The translations under genes and the position numbers were made by a program. A stretch of DNA of 64,000 bases from positions 14,274 through 78,273 of the forward strand of contig CAWFQZ010000032.1 in the NCBI GenBank assembly GCA_963818115.1, read 5' to 3'. Below the pieces are notes generated by a model, which ran no database searches, was not told the DNA's origin, and worked only from the letters and a program-made list of their open reading frames with translations. Origin of the DNA: an uncultured Acidobacteriota bacterium (lineage in GTDB: Bacteria; Acidobacteriota; Terriglobia; Terriglobales; Acidobacteriaceae). Below, one piece after another: positions 10,460-20,199 of this stretch; the first letter of the stretch is position 1; every line of letters begins with the position of its first letter.

Positions 10460-11752
10460 TCATAGCTTTCTTTTCGTAATCCTGTCCGCCCCAATATACG
10501 GCCGCAGAACCTCGGGAATCACCACGCTTCCATCCGCTTGCTGGTAATTCTCGATAATCGCAACCCACGTTCGGCCCACCGCCAATCCGCTGCCGTTCAG
10601 CGTGTGAACAAATTCCGTTTTGTTCTTTCCTTCCGGACGAAAACGAATGTTTGCGCGTCGCGCCTGGTACGACTCGAAATTCGAACACGAAGAAATCTCG
10701 CGGAACATCTGCTGCCCCGGCAGCCATACCTCAATATCGTAAGTCTTCGCGGAAGAAGATCCCATGTCCCCGGTGCAGAGCGTTACAACGCGGTAGTGCA
10801 GGCCGAGCTTCTGCAAAACTTCTTCTGCATTGCGTGTGAGCTTCTCGTGCTCTTCGTATGAATGTTCCGGATGCGCGAACTTCACCAATTCCACTTTTTG
10901 AAACTGATGCTGGCGGATGATGCCGCGCACGTCTTTTCCATATGATCCGGCCTCGCTGCGGAAGCATGCAGTGTAGGCGGTTAAAGAAATTGGCAACTGC
11001 GCCTGGTCAAGCACTTCATCGCGATAGAGATTCGTGACCGGCACTTCCGCAGTGGGAATCAACCACAAATCTCTCTCGCCATGCGGCACGCGAAAAAGAT
11101 CAGAAGCAAATTTCGGAAGCTGCCCCGTACCGTACATCGAATCCGAATTCACCAGATATGGCGGCAATACTTCCGTGTATCCATGCTCTCGGGTATGCAG
11201 GTCGAGCATGAGATTCATCAGCGCGCGTTCGAGCTTCGCGCCAAGGTCCCAGTAGACAGCAAAGCGCGCGCCCGTGACTTTCACGGCGCGTTCGAGATCC
11301 AGAATGCCAAGCTCAGCCCCAAGATCCCAATGCGCCTTTGGATTGAAATCAAATTTCGGCGGGGCGCCCCAGCGCCTGACTTCCACATTCTCCTCAGCGC
11401 TGTGCCCGACCGGCACACTCGCATGTGGCAAGTTAGGAATTCCCACCAGAATGTCGCGTAGCCGGGCGTCCAGATCGGTCGCTGTCTTTTCCAGCCCCGC
11501 TATTTTCTCGCGTAGTTCTTTCGTCTGGGCCATCGCCGTCGTGGCATCCTGGCCGCTCTTTTTCAACTTCGCAATTTCTTCCGACGCCTTATTTCGCTGA
11601 GCTTTATTGGTCTCAGCTTCGGTGATCGCCTGTCGTCGCTGGGTATCGACTTCGCGGAAGTCTCTGAGCACCGCAGCCGGATCCATGCCGCGCTGGCGCA
11701 GCTTCTCTTCCACCAACGGCAGGTTTTCGCGAACAAAATTCAGATCAAGCAT
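10460..11752 (-). CDS. serS: Seryl-tRNA synthetase
   Basis: [22 protein letters not shown]... gives the N-terminal coiled-coil arm. Class II core motifs follow (..[25 protein letters not shown].., ..[21 protein letters not shown]..). Confidence 0.97.
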   Translation of the reverse strand: MLDLNFVRENLPLVEEKLRQRGMDPAAVLRDFREVDTQRRQAITEAETNKAQRNKASEEIAKLKKSGQDATTAMAQTKELREKIAGLEKTATDLDARLRDILVGIPNLPHASVPVGHSAEENVEVRRWGAPPKFDFNPKAHWDLGAELGILDLERAVKVTGARFAVYWDLGAKLERALMNLMLDLHTREHGYTEVLPPYLVNSDSMYGTGQLPKFASDLFRVPHGERDLWLIPTAEVPVTNLYRDEVLDQAQLPISLTAYTACFRSEAGSYGKDVRGIIRQHQFQKVELVKFAHPEHSYEEHEKLTRNAEEVLQKLGLHYRVVTLCTGDMGSSSAKTYDIEVWLPGQQMFREISSCSNFESYQARRANIRFRPEGKNKTEFVHTLNGSGLAVGRTWVAIIENYQQADGSVVIPEVLRPYIGADRITKRKL

Positions 11753-11899
11753 GGGAACCTAATACTCTATCGGAAAACCGCCGGAAAATGAACGCTGGAC
11801 ACCCCTTCGTCATACTTCGTGGTGAGTGATTTTGTCATTGGTGTTTTCGCGTGCCTCGAAAGGTCCGCGAGACTATGATGGGGCTAACAGAGGTGTCCT

Positions 11900-12214
11900 A
11901 TGGCTACGAACCGTCATCCCGGCATCACTATGCACAAGATCACGTTCGGCGGTGGATTTGTCGGCCTTCTTTTCGCCGTCGGCAGCGCGCTCATCTTCGT
12001 GCTCGGATTTCCCACCCTCTGGTATTTCGTGGCGTTCGCATTTGCCCTGGGAATCGGAATCGCAATTCTTCTGAATCTCGCAGCCCGCTGGAGATCCGAT
12101 CGCAACAAGCCTCTCTCGATCGTGACAGCTGCTCAAACCGCCGAGCCAATGCTCAGCTCGCATCACCCTCGGCGAGGCCAGCTCCGCTCCCAGCTAAGTC
12201 CGACGAATGCCTAG
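11900..12214 (+). CDS. Small hypothetical membrane protein
   Basis: It has two clear TM helices (GGGFVGLLFAVGSALIFVLGF / WYFVAFAFALGIGIAILLNL). The overlapping 11851-12384 ORF looks like a shadow frame. Confidence 0.45.
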   Translation: MATNRHPGITMHKITFGGGFVGLLFAVGSALIFVLGFPTLWYFVAFAFALGIGIAILLNLAARWRSDRNKPLSIVTAAQTAEPMLSSHHPRRGQLRSQLSPTNA

Positions 12215-12274
12215 CTCGGCCCTCGCATCTCGGCTTTTGGCTTATTCCATACGCCTGTGTAAACTACGTTCGCG

Positions 12275-13924
12275 ATGAGATCGTCCCTCAGGGCAACCCG
12301 CATTCGACTCGTCTTTTTCTCTATCCTCTCCTGCCTGATCTCTTGTCTTACGCTATCTGCGCCCTGCGCTGCGTCAGCCTATAACGGTCATCCCAAATTG
12401 GTGGTAGTGATTGTCATCGACCAGTTCCGCGGCGATTATCTAGAGCGTTACCGCGATCAGTTCGGAGACTCGGGCTTTCGTCTTTTCCTCGATCACGGCG
12501 CCTATTTCTCGAACTGCAATTACAACTACGCCAACACGCGCACCGCTCCAGGACACTCCACGCTCTTCACCGGCGCCTACAGCAACGGCCACGGCATTGT
12601 CGCCAACGAATGGTGGGATCAGAAGAAGAAAAAAATGGTGACCTCGGTAGAGGACGACGAGACCAAACTCGTCGGTGTCGCAGACGCGCAGCCGGGCGCG
12701 TCGCCGCACAACCTCATGGCCGACACCGTTGGCGACGAACTTAAGCTGGCGACTCAGGGCAAGGCCCGAGTCTTCGGCATCTCGCTCAAAGACCGCGCGG
12801 CCGTCCTTCCCGGTGGCTTCGCAGCCGACGCCGCGTATTGGATCGATCCCAAGTCGGGAGCATTCGTCACTTCCACCTACTACCGTTCCGACCTTCCAAA
12901 GTGGGCCCAGGATTTCAACGCGAGCCGTCCGCAGAAGTATTGGGATCGCGAATGGAAAGACTCGCAGGGAGCTGTCCTGCGCTCGACTGCGCATCGCAAA
13001 AGTAAAGACGGTTCCGATGCCGGCTTTTATGAAGTCATCGGTTCCACCCCGTTCGCCAACGAATACGAGTTCGCTTTCGCCAAAGAGTTAATGGTTTACG
13101 AAAATGTCGGCCGCGGACCTGCAACCGATTTACTTTCCATCAGTCTCTCGGCCAACGATATTCTCGGCCACCAGGTCGGGCCTGATTCCCCTGAGATGCA
13201 GCAGATGGCCCTCGATCTCGATCACGAACTCGCGGATTTCTTCAATTTCCTGGGACACGAGATTGGTCTTGCCAACGTCTGGATCGCTCTCTCGGCCGAT
13301 CATGGCGTCTCTTCGCTCCCCGACGCAGTGAAAAAACTGCGCATCCCCGCCGCTAATCTCGGTAACGCGAAGCTGCAAGACCAGATCAACGCCGCGTTAG
13401 CCTCAAAGATATCTCCGGGCCGCACGGCCGCCTATGTGAAGCTGGACTATCCCCTCGCATGGCTCGATCAGGACGCCTTCGCCGCCGCTCACTTGACCGA
13501 GCATGATGCCGAGGCCGCAGCCGGAGAGGCCATGAAGCAAGTCGGTCTCCGCGATTACTACACCAAGTCAGAACTCGCGGAAGGTTCCGTGCCCGACACT
13601 GATCTCGGCCGGAAATACCTAAACAGCTATTCGCCGGAAGGTAGTTGGTTCGTGATGGGCGTACCTGACATCTATTCGGTGGGAGGGGCCAAAGGCACCG
13701 ATCACGCCTCGCCCTACAATTACGATACGCACGTGCCACTGGCCTTCTATGGCCTGCCATTCCAACCCGGCACCTATCGCGGAAAAACTGAGCCGGTCGA
13801 CATGGCTGCCACGCTCGCATCGCTTCTGGGCATCAACGCGCCGACGCATTCTGTCGGGCGCGTGCTCACCGAAGCAATCGCGCCGCCGCATCGCGGGTCG
13901 GGCGCGGGAGAAGGCCAGCCATGA
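12275..13924 (+). CDS. Alkaline phosphatase / nucleotide pyrophosphatase (type I phosphodiesterase) family protein, secreted
   Basis: It has a signal peptide and the metal-site motif VVVIVIDQFRGDYL, plus ..PGHSTLFTGAYSNGHGIVANEW.. and ..LSADHGV... Confidence 0.85.
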   Translation: MRSSLRATRIRLVFFSILSCLISCLTLSAPCAASAYNGHPKLVVVIVIDQFRGDYLERYRDQFGDSGFRLFLDHGAYFSNCNYNYANTRTAPGHSTLFTGAYSNGHGIVANEWWDQKKKKMVTSVEDDETKLVGVADAQPGASPHNLMADTVGDELKLATQGKARVFGISLKDRAAVLPGGFAADAAYWIDPKSGAFVTSTYYRSDLPKWAQDFNASRPQKYWDREWKDSQGAVLRSTAHRKSKDGSDAGFYEVIGSTPFANEYEFAFAKELMVYENVGRGPATDLLSISLSANDILGHQVGPDSPEMQQMALDLDHELADFFNFLGHEIGLANVWIALSADHGVSSLPDAVKKLRIPAANLGNAKLQDQINAALASKISPGRTAAYVKLDYPLAWLDQDAFAAAHLTEHDAEAAAGEAMKQVGLRDYYTKSELAEGSVPDTDLGRKYLNSYSPEGSWFVMGVPDIYSVGGAKGTDHASPYNYDTHVPLAFYGLPFQPGTYRGKTEPVDMAATLASLLGINAPTHSVGRVLTEAIAPPHRGSGAGEGQP

Positions 13925-14844
13925 GCACACCCGATCTCGCTGTAAATGTCGCTGGCATTCCGCTAAAAAATCCGGTCATAGCGGCAAGCGGCACGTTCGG
14001 CTACGGCGTCGAATTCGAAGATATCGTCCATCTCAGCAAGCTGGGCGCTTTTGTCGTCAAAGGACTCTCTCGGGAGCCGATGATCGGCAACCCGCCGCCT
14101 CGTCTCTGGGAAACCGCTGCCGGCATGCTGAACGCCATTGGCCTGCAGAACATCGGTGCTCCTGCGTTTCTGCAGGAGAAGTTGCCGCACCTGCGCGACA
14201 TCAAAAACATCGTCGTGATTGCGAATGTTTTCGGATACACCCGCGAAGACTATGAGCACACCGTCCAGATTCTCAATGACGGCGAAGGCATCGCTGCCTA
14301 CGAACTGAACGTCTCATGCCCGAATACAACGCATGGAGGCTTGCAGTTCGGCAGCGATCCCCGCTCTCTCGACGAAGTGGTTACCACGGTCAAGCGAGTG
14401 GCGCAGCGTCCTCTGATCGTGAAGCTCTCGCCCAATGTCACCAGCATTGCGCAGATGGCCTACGTAGCCCAGGAGGCTGGCGCCGACGCCCTCTCTTTGA
14501 TCAATACCTTCACGGCGATGGCAATCGATCCCGAAACTCGCAAACCTCGGATTGCCAACGTCACCGCTGGACTCTCGGGGCCGGCGATCAAGCCGATTGC
14601 CGTCCGCATGGTCTACGACGCGTCTCATGCCGTGAAGATCCCGGTCATCGGCATGGGAGGCATTTCAACCGCCGCCGACGTGATCGAATTCATGCTGGCG
14701 GGGGCGACCGCCGTCCAGATCGGCACTGCCAGCTATTGGGATCCCTGCGCCACCGAGAAGATTGTGGACACCCTGCAGGATTGGTGCCACGACCACCACG
14801 TGGAGCGCCTCGCCGACTTCATCGGCGGCATGCAACTGGAATAG
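13921..14844 (+). CDS. pyrD: Dihydroorotate dehydrogenase, class 1 catalytic subunit
   Basis: Motifs seen are ..LKNPVIAASGTFGYG.., ..ELNVSCPN.., ..VKLSPNV.. and ..GGISTAADVIEFMLAGATAVQIGT... The start overlaps the upstream stop (ATGA), which suggests translational coupling. Confidence 0.93.
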   Translation: MSTPDLAVNVAGIPLKNPVIAASGTFGYGVEFEDIVHLSKLGAFVVKGLSREPMIGNPPPRLWETAAGMLNAIGLQNIGAPAFLQEKLPHLRDIKNIVVIANVFGYTREDYEHTVQILNDGEGIAAYELNVSCPNTTHGGLQFGSDPRSLDEVVTTVKRVAQRPLIVKLSPNVTSIAQMAYVAQEAGADALSLINTFTAMAIDPETRKPRIANVTAGLSGPAIKPIAVRMVYDASHAVKIPVIGMGGISTAADVIEFMLAGATAVQIGTASYWDPCATEKIVDTLQDWCHDHHVERLADFIGGMQLE

Positions 14845-14870
14845 CCTGAGCCGCAACAACCATGGCGGCT

Positions 14871-15296
14871 TTACCTCCAAGCCCCCAGGATCGCTCCCAT
14901 CACCACGTAGCACACCAGTTGATAGCCCGTGTTGATCATGTAGAGTTTGTTGCGCTGGTGGCTGAACAATGCGTTGGTGAACTGAACGGTCGTCACGAAT
15001 CCTAGCCACACCACCAGGCCGATCTTCAATCCGTCGACGGCCGTGACAAACCCTGCGACCGCAATGAGTTTTCCCAGCACGAACGCCGCGAGTATGCTCG
15101 CGATCAGCGACATCGCATACGACGGCCCCGCGCTCTTCTGCATCTCGGCGATCTTCGCCTTGTCGTTTGGATCGTAGCCCATCAACTTCATCCACGAATT
15201 GGCAAACAGCATTGGCGAATACCACACAAAACCCACCACCATGGTGGCAATCGCAGACACGAGAACAGCCCACAGGTTCACGCCCAAAAAGTGCAT
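14871..15296 (-). CDS. DUF1761 family membrane protein
   Basis: MHFLGVNLWAVLVSAIATMVVGFVWYSPMLFANSWMKLMGYD... matches the DUF1761 pattern. It has 4 TM helices. Confidence 0.75.
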   Translation of the reverse strand: MHFLGVNLWAVLVSAIATMVVGFVWYSPMLFANSWMKLMGYDPNDKAKIAEMQKSAGPSYAMSLIASILAAFVLGKLIAVAGFVTAVDGLKIGLVVWLGFVTTVQFTNALFSHQRNKLYMINTGYQLVCYVVMGAILGAWR

Positions 15297-15423
15297 GGTA
15301 CGCTCCGTTGCATCAGATTTTGACTAAGTGACTTGAGGCCTGGATCTGCGAAGCCTGCAGAATGCTTTTATGAAAGGGATTGCTTAAGAATATGCCTCGG
15401 GAAGCGTTGTCGAGGCAAAACTG

Positions 15424-16701
15424 CTATCGGCCGTGAGTGTACCAGATCGACCCCGGAGCCTTGTAGTTCTCGCCCTCGCCCCAAACCGCGTGCGTCGCTC
15501 CTTCACTGTCGATGGCGAGGCCGAAGAAGTCGCCAAAGGGAAAGCGGAAACCATTCTGCAGAATGTAGTCATACCCGCGGGCTGGGCCGGACAGCTGCAT
15601 CTCTGGGCTCCAGGTTGCGCCGCCGTTCGTAGAGCTACGGAAGAAGGTATTCCAAAGTGGCCGTTCCGGATGATCGGATTCACTTGCCCGAGCGTCCATC
15701 CAGGCGACCCGCACATCACCCGATGCTCCAGCCACGATTGCCGGAAACCCCTGCTCGACTCCGAGAGGCGCCATGGAGACGGTCGCCCGCGACGACCACG
15801 AAGCGCCGCCCGTCGTCGACGACGAGAAGTAGATTCTCTCCGGTCCTAAGTTGGTTAAACCGGCATTCCAGAGTGCGTAAAGCGCCCCGGAGGCATCCGA
15901 CGCCAGCGCGATTTGCGCGCCCAAGAACCCCGTCTCGCAGCCTTGTGCCTCGCACTCCGGAGGCGCGCTCGACTGATCCAACAGTTGCGTGCTCCATGTG
16001 CGTCCGCTGTCGGACGATCGGCTCACATACACACTCACTGGACGCGTCGGTAACTCCGTGCGCGCATATTCGGTCCAGCCAAAATAAACGTTCCCCGTAG
16101 GATCGACCGTGGCACCGCCCGCCAGCGACCATCCGGGCTCAGTTTCGGAATTCACGTTCACCACGCTGAAAGTCTGTCCAGCATCGTGCGAAGCCGCCAC
16201 GAAAAACTTCTCTTCGTGGTTGAACCCGACGTAGACATCTGGTCCCCGCACCGCAAGCACCGGCTTGTCGGCATCCTCTTGACCGCGTTCCGCCCATGAG
16301 AACGACCACGTTCGCCCGAAGTCCAGCGACCGCGCGACTACGATATCCCGTTTGCTGTTTTGCATCCACGACGCATATATGGTTTGGCGGTCCACCGGAT
16401 CAACCACAATCTGCGGATCAAACTGGCCGGTCGGGAAGGGAAGCAGCGGCTTAGAGGGCTGCCAGGACGCGCCATTGTCGTCGCTGATCAAAAGTGCGAT
16501 CGTCGGTGCAGTACACGCGCGGCAGTCCGGCACAGCTCCGTATTGTGGATAGAGGATGTAGACGTGGCTATGCCCATCGGTAGCCATCGCGGGCTCCCAC
16601 TGATCGCCAGTCTGGTAGCCAAGGCGTTGCTGCGGAGCAAATGCGGAGACCGCCAGCGCTGCCTGAGCCGTCAATATAGCTGCGACGGCGACTAGCGCCA
16701 T
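15424..16701 (-). CDS. BNR/Asp-box repeat (sialidase-like beta-propeller) protein, secreted
   Basis: Six Asp-box motifs are present: SDDNGASW, SLDFGRTW, SHDAGQTF, SSDSGRTW, TTGGASW, STNGGATW. The likely start is the Met before the signal peptide MALVAVAAILTAQAALAVSA. The track start at 16809 is an extension. Confidence 0.8.
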   Translation of the reverse strand: MALVAVAAILTAQAALAVSAFAPQQRLGYQTGDQWEPAMATDGHSHVYILYPQYGAVPDCRACTAPTIALLISDDNGASWQPSKPLLPFPTGQFDPQIVVDPVDRQTIYASWMQNSKRDIVVARSLDFGRTWSFSWAERGQEDADKPVLAVRGPDVYVGFNHEEKFFVAASHDAGQTFSVVNVNSETEPGWSLAGGATVDPTGNVYFGWTEYARTELPTRPVSVYVSRSSDSGRTWSTQLLDQSSAPPECEAQGCETGFLGAQIALASDASGALYALWNAGLTNLGPERIYFSSSTTGGASWSSRATVSMAPLGVEQGFPAIVAGASGDVRVAWMDARASESDHPERPLWNTFFRSSTNGGATWSPEMQLSGPARGYDYILQNGFRFPFGDFFGLAIDSEGATHAVWGEGENYKAPGSIWYTHGR

Positions 16702-16970
16702 TTGGCGCACAGCTCTGCTGATTGGTCGGAAGTGGCTGGTCGGAATACTCAAAAGACTGGTCCTAGGATACCCTGACCGGACTTTATCGTGATTCCGGGG
16801 GCCCGTCAATTACCTCTGGTGCCGGCCCCCAAAGTCACAAAACTGTCACTTTCCTCCCATTTCCCCATCTAAATAGAGGAAAATACGAAAACGCAGACCC
16901 GAAGAATGGGGTTCCCCTGTGATCTCGGTGTCCCCTATGGTAAAAGATTTTGGTTTGAAAGGGAGCAAAA

Positions 16971-17444
16971 ATGGAAAAAGCCACGTTCGCAGCCGGATGT
17001 TTCTGGGGAGTGGAAGCCACCTTCCGGCAGATGCCGGGAGTCATTTCGACTCGAGTTGGCTACACCGGCGGTCAGACTGAAAACCCGACCTATAAAGACG
17101 TCTGTTCCGACGGTACCGGGCACGCCGAAGCCGTCGAAGTCGACTTCGATCCTGCGAAGGTCCGTTACGCCGACCTGCTGAAGGTCTTCTGGGAGAACCA
17201 CGATCCCACCCAGGTCAACCGTCAGGGCCCGGACTGGGGTTCGCAATACCGCTCCGCCATCTTCTTTCATTCCCCGGAGCAGCAAGCCCAGGCGCTCGCC
17301 TCAAAGGAGTCATTGGAAAAAGCCCACCGCTACTCCAAGCCGATCGCGACGCAGATCGTCCCGGCCGTAACGTTCTATGCGGCAGAGGACTATCACCAGC
17401 AATATCTGGAAAAGCGCGGACTGGCCAGTTGCCACATCAAGTAG
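16971..17444 (+). CDS. msrA: Peptide-methionine (S)-S-oxide reductase
   Basis: It carries the active site GCFWG ([15 protein letters not shown]) and ..GYTGG...[23 protein letters not shown]... Confidence 0.95.
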   Translation: MEKATFAAGCFWGVEATFRQMPGVISTRVGYTGGQTENPTYKDVCSDGTGHAEAVEVDFDPAKVRYADLLKVFWENHDPTQVNRQGPDWGSQYRSAIFFHSPEQQAQALASKESLEKAHRYSKPIATQIVPAVTFYAAEDYHQQYLEKRGLASCHIK

Positions 17445-17856
17445 TTGGGGAGGTTTCGGGGCGTCGCGCTCGGAAGAAGAACATGAGCACGAAGCCGCCC
17501 AGGTAGTAAGGCGCGCTCTGCTGCACGCTGCATCCCAGGAATCGCTCCACAAGTCCAAACAGAGCTAAGGCCTCGCAGAGAGCGTAGGTTGCGAAGTAGC
17601 CGGTCTTCCAGTGATTTAGGCTGAGGCTGTCTTCCGGTTGGGTCGAGAGGCTTTCCGCGGCGCGGAAGACCAACGTTCGCCTCACTACGAAAATCACACC
17701 GACAATCGCGACTCCCAGCGTCGTGAAGAGATAGCCGAGTGCAGGATCCAGCATCCGCTGAACCGGGCGGACGAATTCGCCCAAGAGTGCATAAAGCAGG
17801 ATGCTCCCCAGCATCGCCCACTGCACCGCCCGCAGCGTTTTTACAGCGTTAGACAT
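17437..17856 (-). CDS. Hypothetical 4-TM membrane protein
   Basis: The translation is a regular hydrophobic-helix protein. Its 3' end overlaps the msrA stop by 8 nt, convergently. Confidence 0.45.
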   Translation of the reverse strand: MSNAVKTLRAVQWAMLGSILLYALLGEFVRPVQRMLDPALGYLFTTLGVAIVGVIFVVRRTLVFRAAESLSTQPEDSLSLNHWKTGYFATYALCEALALFGLVERFLGCSVQQSAPYYLGGFVLMFFFRARRPETSPTT

Positions 17857-17937
17857 AGAAGCGAGATTATGGCGCTAACTTGGGGGAAGAACTAGCTGCA
17901 ATTCTACGGCGGAATTCCGTGGAATAAAACTGCCTTC

Positions 17938-19215
17938 TCAGTCACTCGGCTGGTGCGTCTTCGCCTTTGCTGGCCGCATTCGCAAAAAAATCTGAAACGA
18001 CACCGGATTATTTCCATATGCCGCATCCAGCACCGCCGGCTTGGAATAGACCGTTATATCTGCCCCTAAGCCCAACTGCCACGCCTTATCGTGGATCAAA
18101 TCCCGCACCCCACCGAACGTATACGCTCCAATCCTGTATGCGGGATGCACCATTGCCTCTGGAAACAGCTCATCTTTATCGACCAGTTCCATTCGCGTGA
18201 ACGCGTAATTGCGACGGTGAAAGTTCACTGTCGATTCCAGCAGGTAACTGTTCAAGGTCGCATCGGACGCGATCTTGTGAACGCGTCCCCAAACGAACGT
18301 CGTCGCCCAATTCCCCTGCCCCATCGGCCGGTTGTATTCCACCGAAGCCGTTTGCCGCCACTGGCTTCCTGGCTCCAGCGCTTCAGGATGCTCCAGCCGT
18401 CCGACGCTGTACTGCGCCGCCCAATTGCGCGTCGGCGCGATACTGGCGCGGCCTGACCACGAATCCAGCGTGGCTGGTTGAATGCTCCACCGTTCCTCGT
18501 TTGGTTCGCGTCCGTTGAACGCGCACGCTTCCAGCTTCAGCCAATCGATCACGAATCCCGTTGTAACCACTCCGAAGCTGGTGTGCGTCGAGTCCTGCAA
18601 GTGATGGCTTAGCGGGGCAAGCGGCAACTCCGACGCTGAAGCGCGATGGATGTAAGTCACCGGGCCGATCGCCGGCTCGGCCGACGGTCCACCGTAAAGT
18701 TCCCACGAAATCTTGTCCGTGATGGGCAACGTGTAGAGCGCCGACAACTCCGCGAACACATTATGTGGATGTTGATGATCCACCAGCGGCTCGCCATGAT
18801 AGGTCTCGCCTGTTTGGAATAATTCTGGAAATCCCGGGTGCGGCGACGTCAGCGATTCTGCCGAAAACATCTGCCGAAACAGAATCGTCCCAGCACCCAG
18901 CTTGTGCTGCTCCATCGTCATGCCCCAGTTCACCGACTCGGCTTTGCCTTCGCCGCGTGGGCCGCCCTGCTGGTTGTAGTCGATGAAGATCACCCCGTGC
19001 GCCATCAACATCCACCCGCCGCGCATCCACATCCATTCATTCCCCGTGACCGATGCCGGCTGCCAACCCGTTCCCGACCCTTCATGCGGCGAGGGCAATT
19101 GCAGATTCGTTGAAGCGTTCATCTCCATCTGCATCCCAGCCATGGGCGCGTTTTCCTGCGCGCGCAGAAGCGGTGCCATCACCAGGAACAGCAGGCCAAC
19201 AAACTTGATTCTCAC
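17938..19215 (-). CDS. Secreted/outer-membrane hypothetical protein with Met-rich N-terminus
   Basis: A GTG start follows a GGAG SD. It has a signal peptide (MRIKFVGLLFLVMAPLLRAQ), a Met-rich stretch (APMAGMQMEM, WMWMRGGWMLMAHG), His clusters (VDHQHPHN) and a beta-rich body. Confidence 0.55.
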   Translation of the reverse strand: MRIKFVGLLFLVMAPLLRAQENAPMAGMQMEMNASTNLQLPSPHEGSGTGWQPASVTGNEWMWMRGGWMLMAHGVIFIDYNQQGGPRGEGKAESVNWGMTMEQHKLGAGTILFRQMFSAESLTSPHPGFPELFQTGETYHGEPLVDHQHPHNVFAELSALYTLPITDKISWELYGGPSAEPAIGPVTYIHRASASELPLAPLSHHLQDSTHTSFGVVTTGFVIDWLKLEACAFNGREPNEERWSIQPATLDSWSGRASIAPTRNWAAQYSVGRLEHPEALEPGSQWRQTASVEYNRPMGQGNWATTFVWGRVHKIASDATLNSYLLESTVNFHRRNYAFTRMELVDKDELFPEAMVHPAYRIGAYTFGGVRDLIHDKAWQLGLGADITVYSKPAVLDAAYGNNPVSFQIFLRMRPAKAKTHQPSD

Positions 19216-19324
19216 GGAAACTCCATAAGCGCGTTCTCAGCGCCGTCAGGATTCCCTAAATTCAGGTCGAGGGAATCCAGCATGAGCAACGGGGATGTTC
19301 ACTGCAGAAACTTGTCCCCAGGTT

Positions 19325-19354
19325 TCCTTCGTGAACCTTCGTGTCCTTCGTGGT
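19325..19354. repeat. 30-nt CACGAAGG-type short repeat element (inverted copy of 23529-23558)
   Basis: The reverse complement ACCACGAAGGACACGAAGGTTCACGAAGGA matches 23529-23558 at 29 of 30 positions. It is internally an imperfect tandem of CACGAAGG. Confidence 0.85.
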
Positions 19355-19365
19355 GAATGGGTTTT

Positions 19366-19713
19366 CTAGATTCGAAGAGGAGCACTACCCGGAGGGCTGT
19401 CAGAAGGAAGAATCAATCGCGAGAAATCGCGAGAGGAAAGACTGGTGAGAGATCGATTGACGGTTTCAACTTCAGCGGGACCGACTGCGGTGGTCGGATG
19501 TAACGAAAATGCACCCGCCGGAATCGCCCAGCGATGTCCGCTTATGCAGCATTGATAGCTTGGCGGCGCAGGGGAGGGATCGACGGGACCAGAATCATGA
19601 CATCCAGCAGGATGATTCGCAGGCTGCGAAGGCATCGCCATCAACTGCAAGCTGGGCGCACCCGCCGCGAATGCGGCAATCAGCAGAAACGCCACTAGCC
19701 GTGAGTCTCGCAT
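19366..19713 (-). CDS. Small secreted Cys/His/Pro-rich hypothetical protein
   Basis: It has a signal peptide (MRDSRLVAFLLIAAFAAGAPS) and the motifs GCHDSG and QCCISGH. Confidence 0.4.
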   Translation of the reverse strand: MRDSRLVAFLLIAAFAAGAPSLQLMAMPSQPANHPAGCHDSGPVDPSPAPPSYQCCISGHRWAIPAGAFSLHPTTAVGPAEVETVNRSLTSLSSRDFSRLILPSDSPPGSAPLRI

Positions 19714-19719
19714 CTATGC

Positions 19720-20184
19720 CTAAGTCCCAGTGATTTTGATGCGGAGTTCTTCCGGGAGGCGTTGCCGGATTTCTTCAGGCAGCCGGTCATGCACCTTCCG
19801 AGCGCCTTGTTTGGCGGCGTCCAGCACAGTCACAGGGGCGGGTGTTGCCACGGCTACTCCCAGCCAGATCAGCGCGGACAGCGCGAAGCCTGTAAGTGCT
19901 GCGATCTCAAGCCAGAACGCATGCCGCGGCCCCAGATAGCGGATCACTCCAAACGCGAGCAGAAACACCCCCGCGGAAATCGAAGCGAGTGCGATCAGTC
20001 CTACATCAATGATTCGATGAATTTGTTGGCGGCTGCGGCAATACTCACAAGCCACAAAATGGTTTTCGTAGTCGCCGCACATCTCTGGTGCCAGGCCGGA
20101 TATGTCATAGCGCCAGCCCGCCAGAATCTTACCTACGATTGGATCGATACACTGCTGACTCATTGGGGGTACGAAATCAGCCAA
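19720..20184 (-). CDS. Membrane protein with an N-terminal zinc-finger of the anti-sigma (HxxxCxxC) type
   Basis: HFVACEYC fits the ZAS H-x3-C-x2-C motif and is followed by TM helices. No ECF sigma gene is adjacent. Confidence 0.5.
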   Translation of the reverse strand: MADFVPPMSQQCIDPIVGKILAGWRYDISGLAPEMCGDYENHFVACEYCRSRQQIHRIIDVGLIALASISAGVFLLAFGVIRYLGPRHAFWLEIAALTGFALSALIWLGVAVATPAPVTVLDAAKQGARKVHDRLPEEIRQRLPEELRIKITGT

Positions 20185-20199
20185 ACACCGGAGCCCGAC

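Noticed and set aside
10359-10727. 122-aa ORF overlapping the 3' end of serS.
   Set aside because: It is out of frame within a clearly conserved serS region and has no motifs. It is a shadow ORF.
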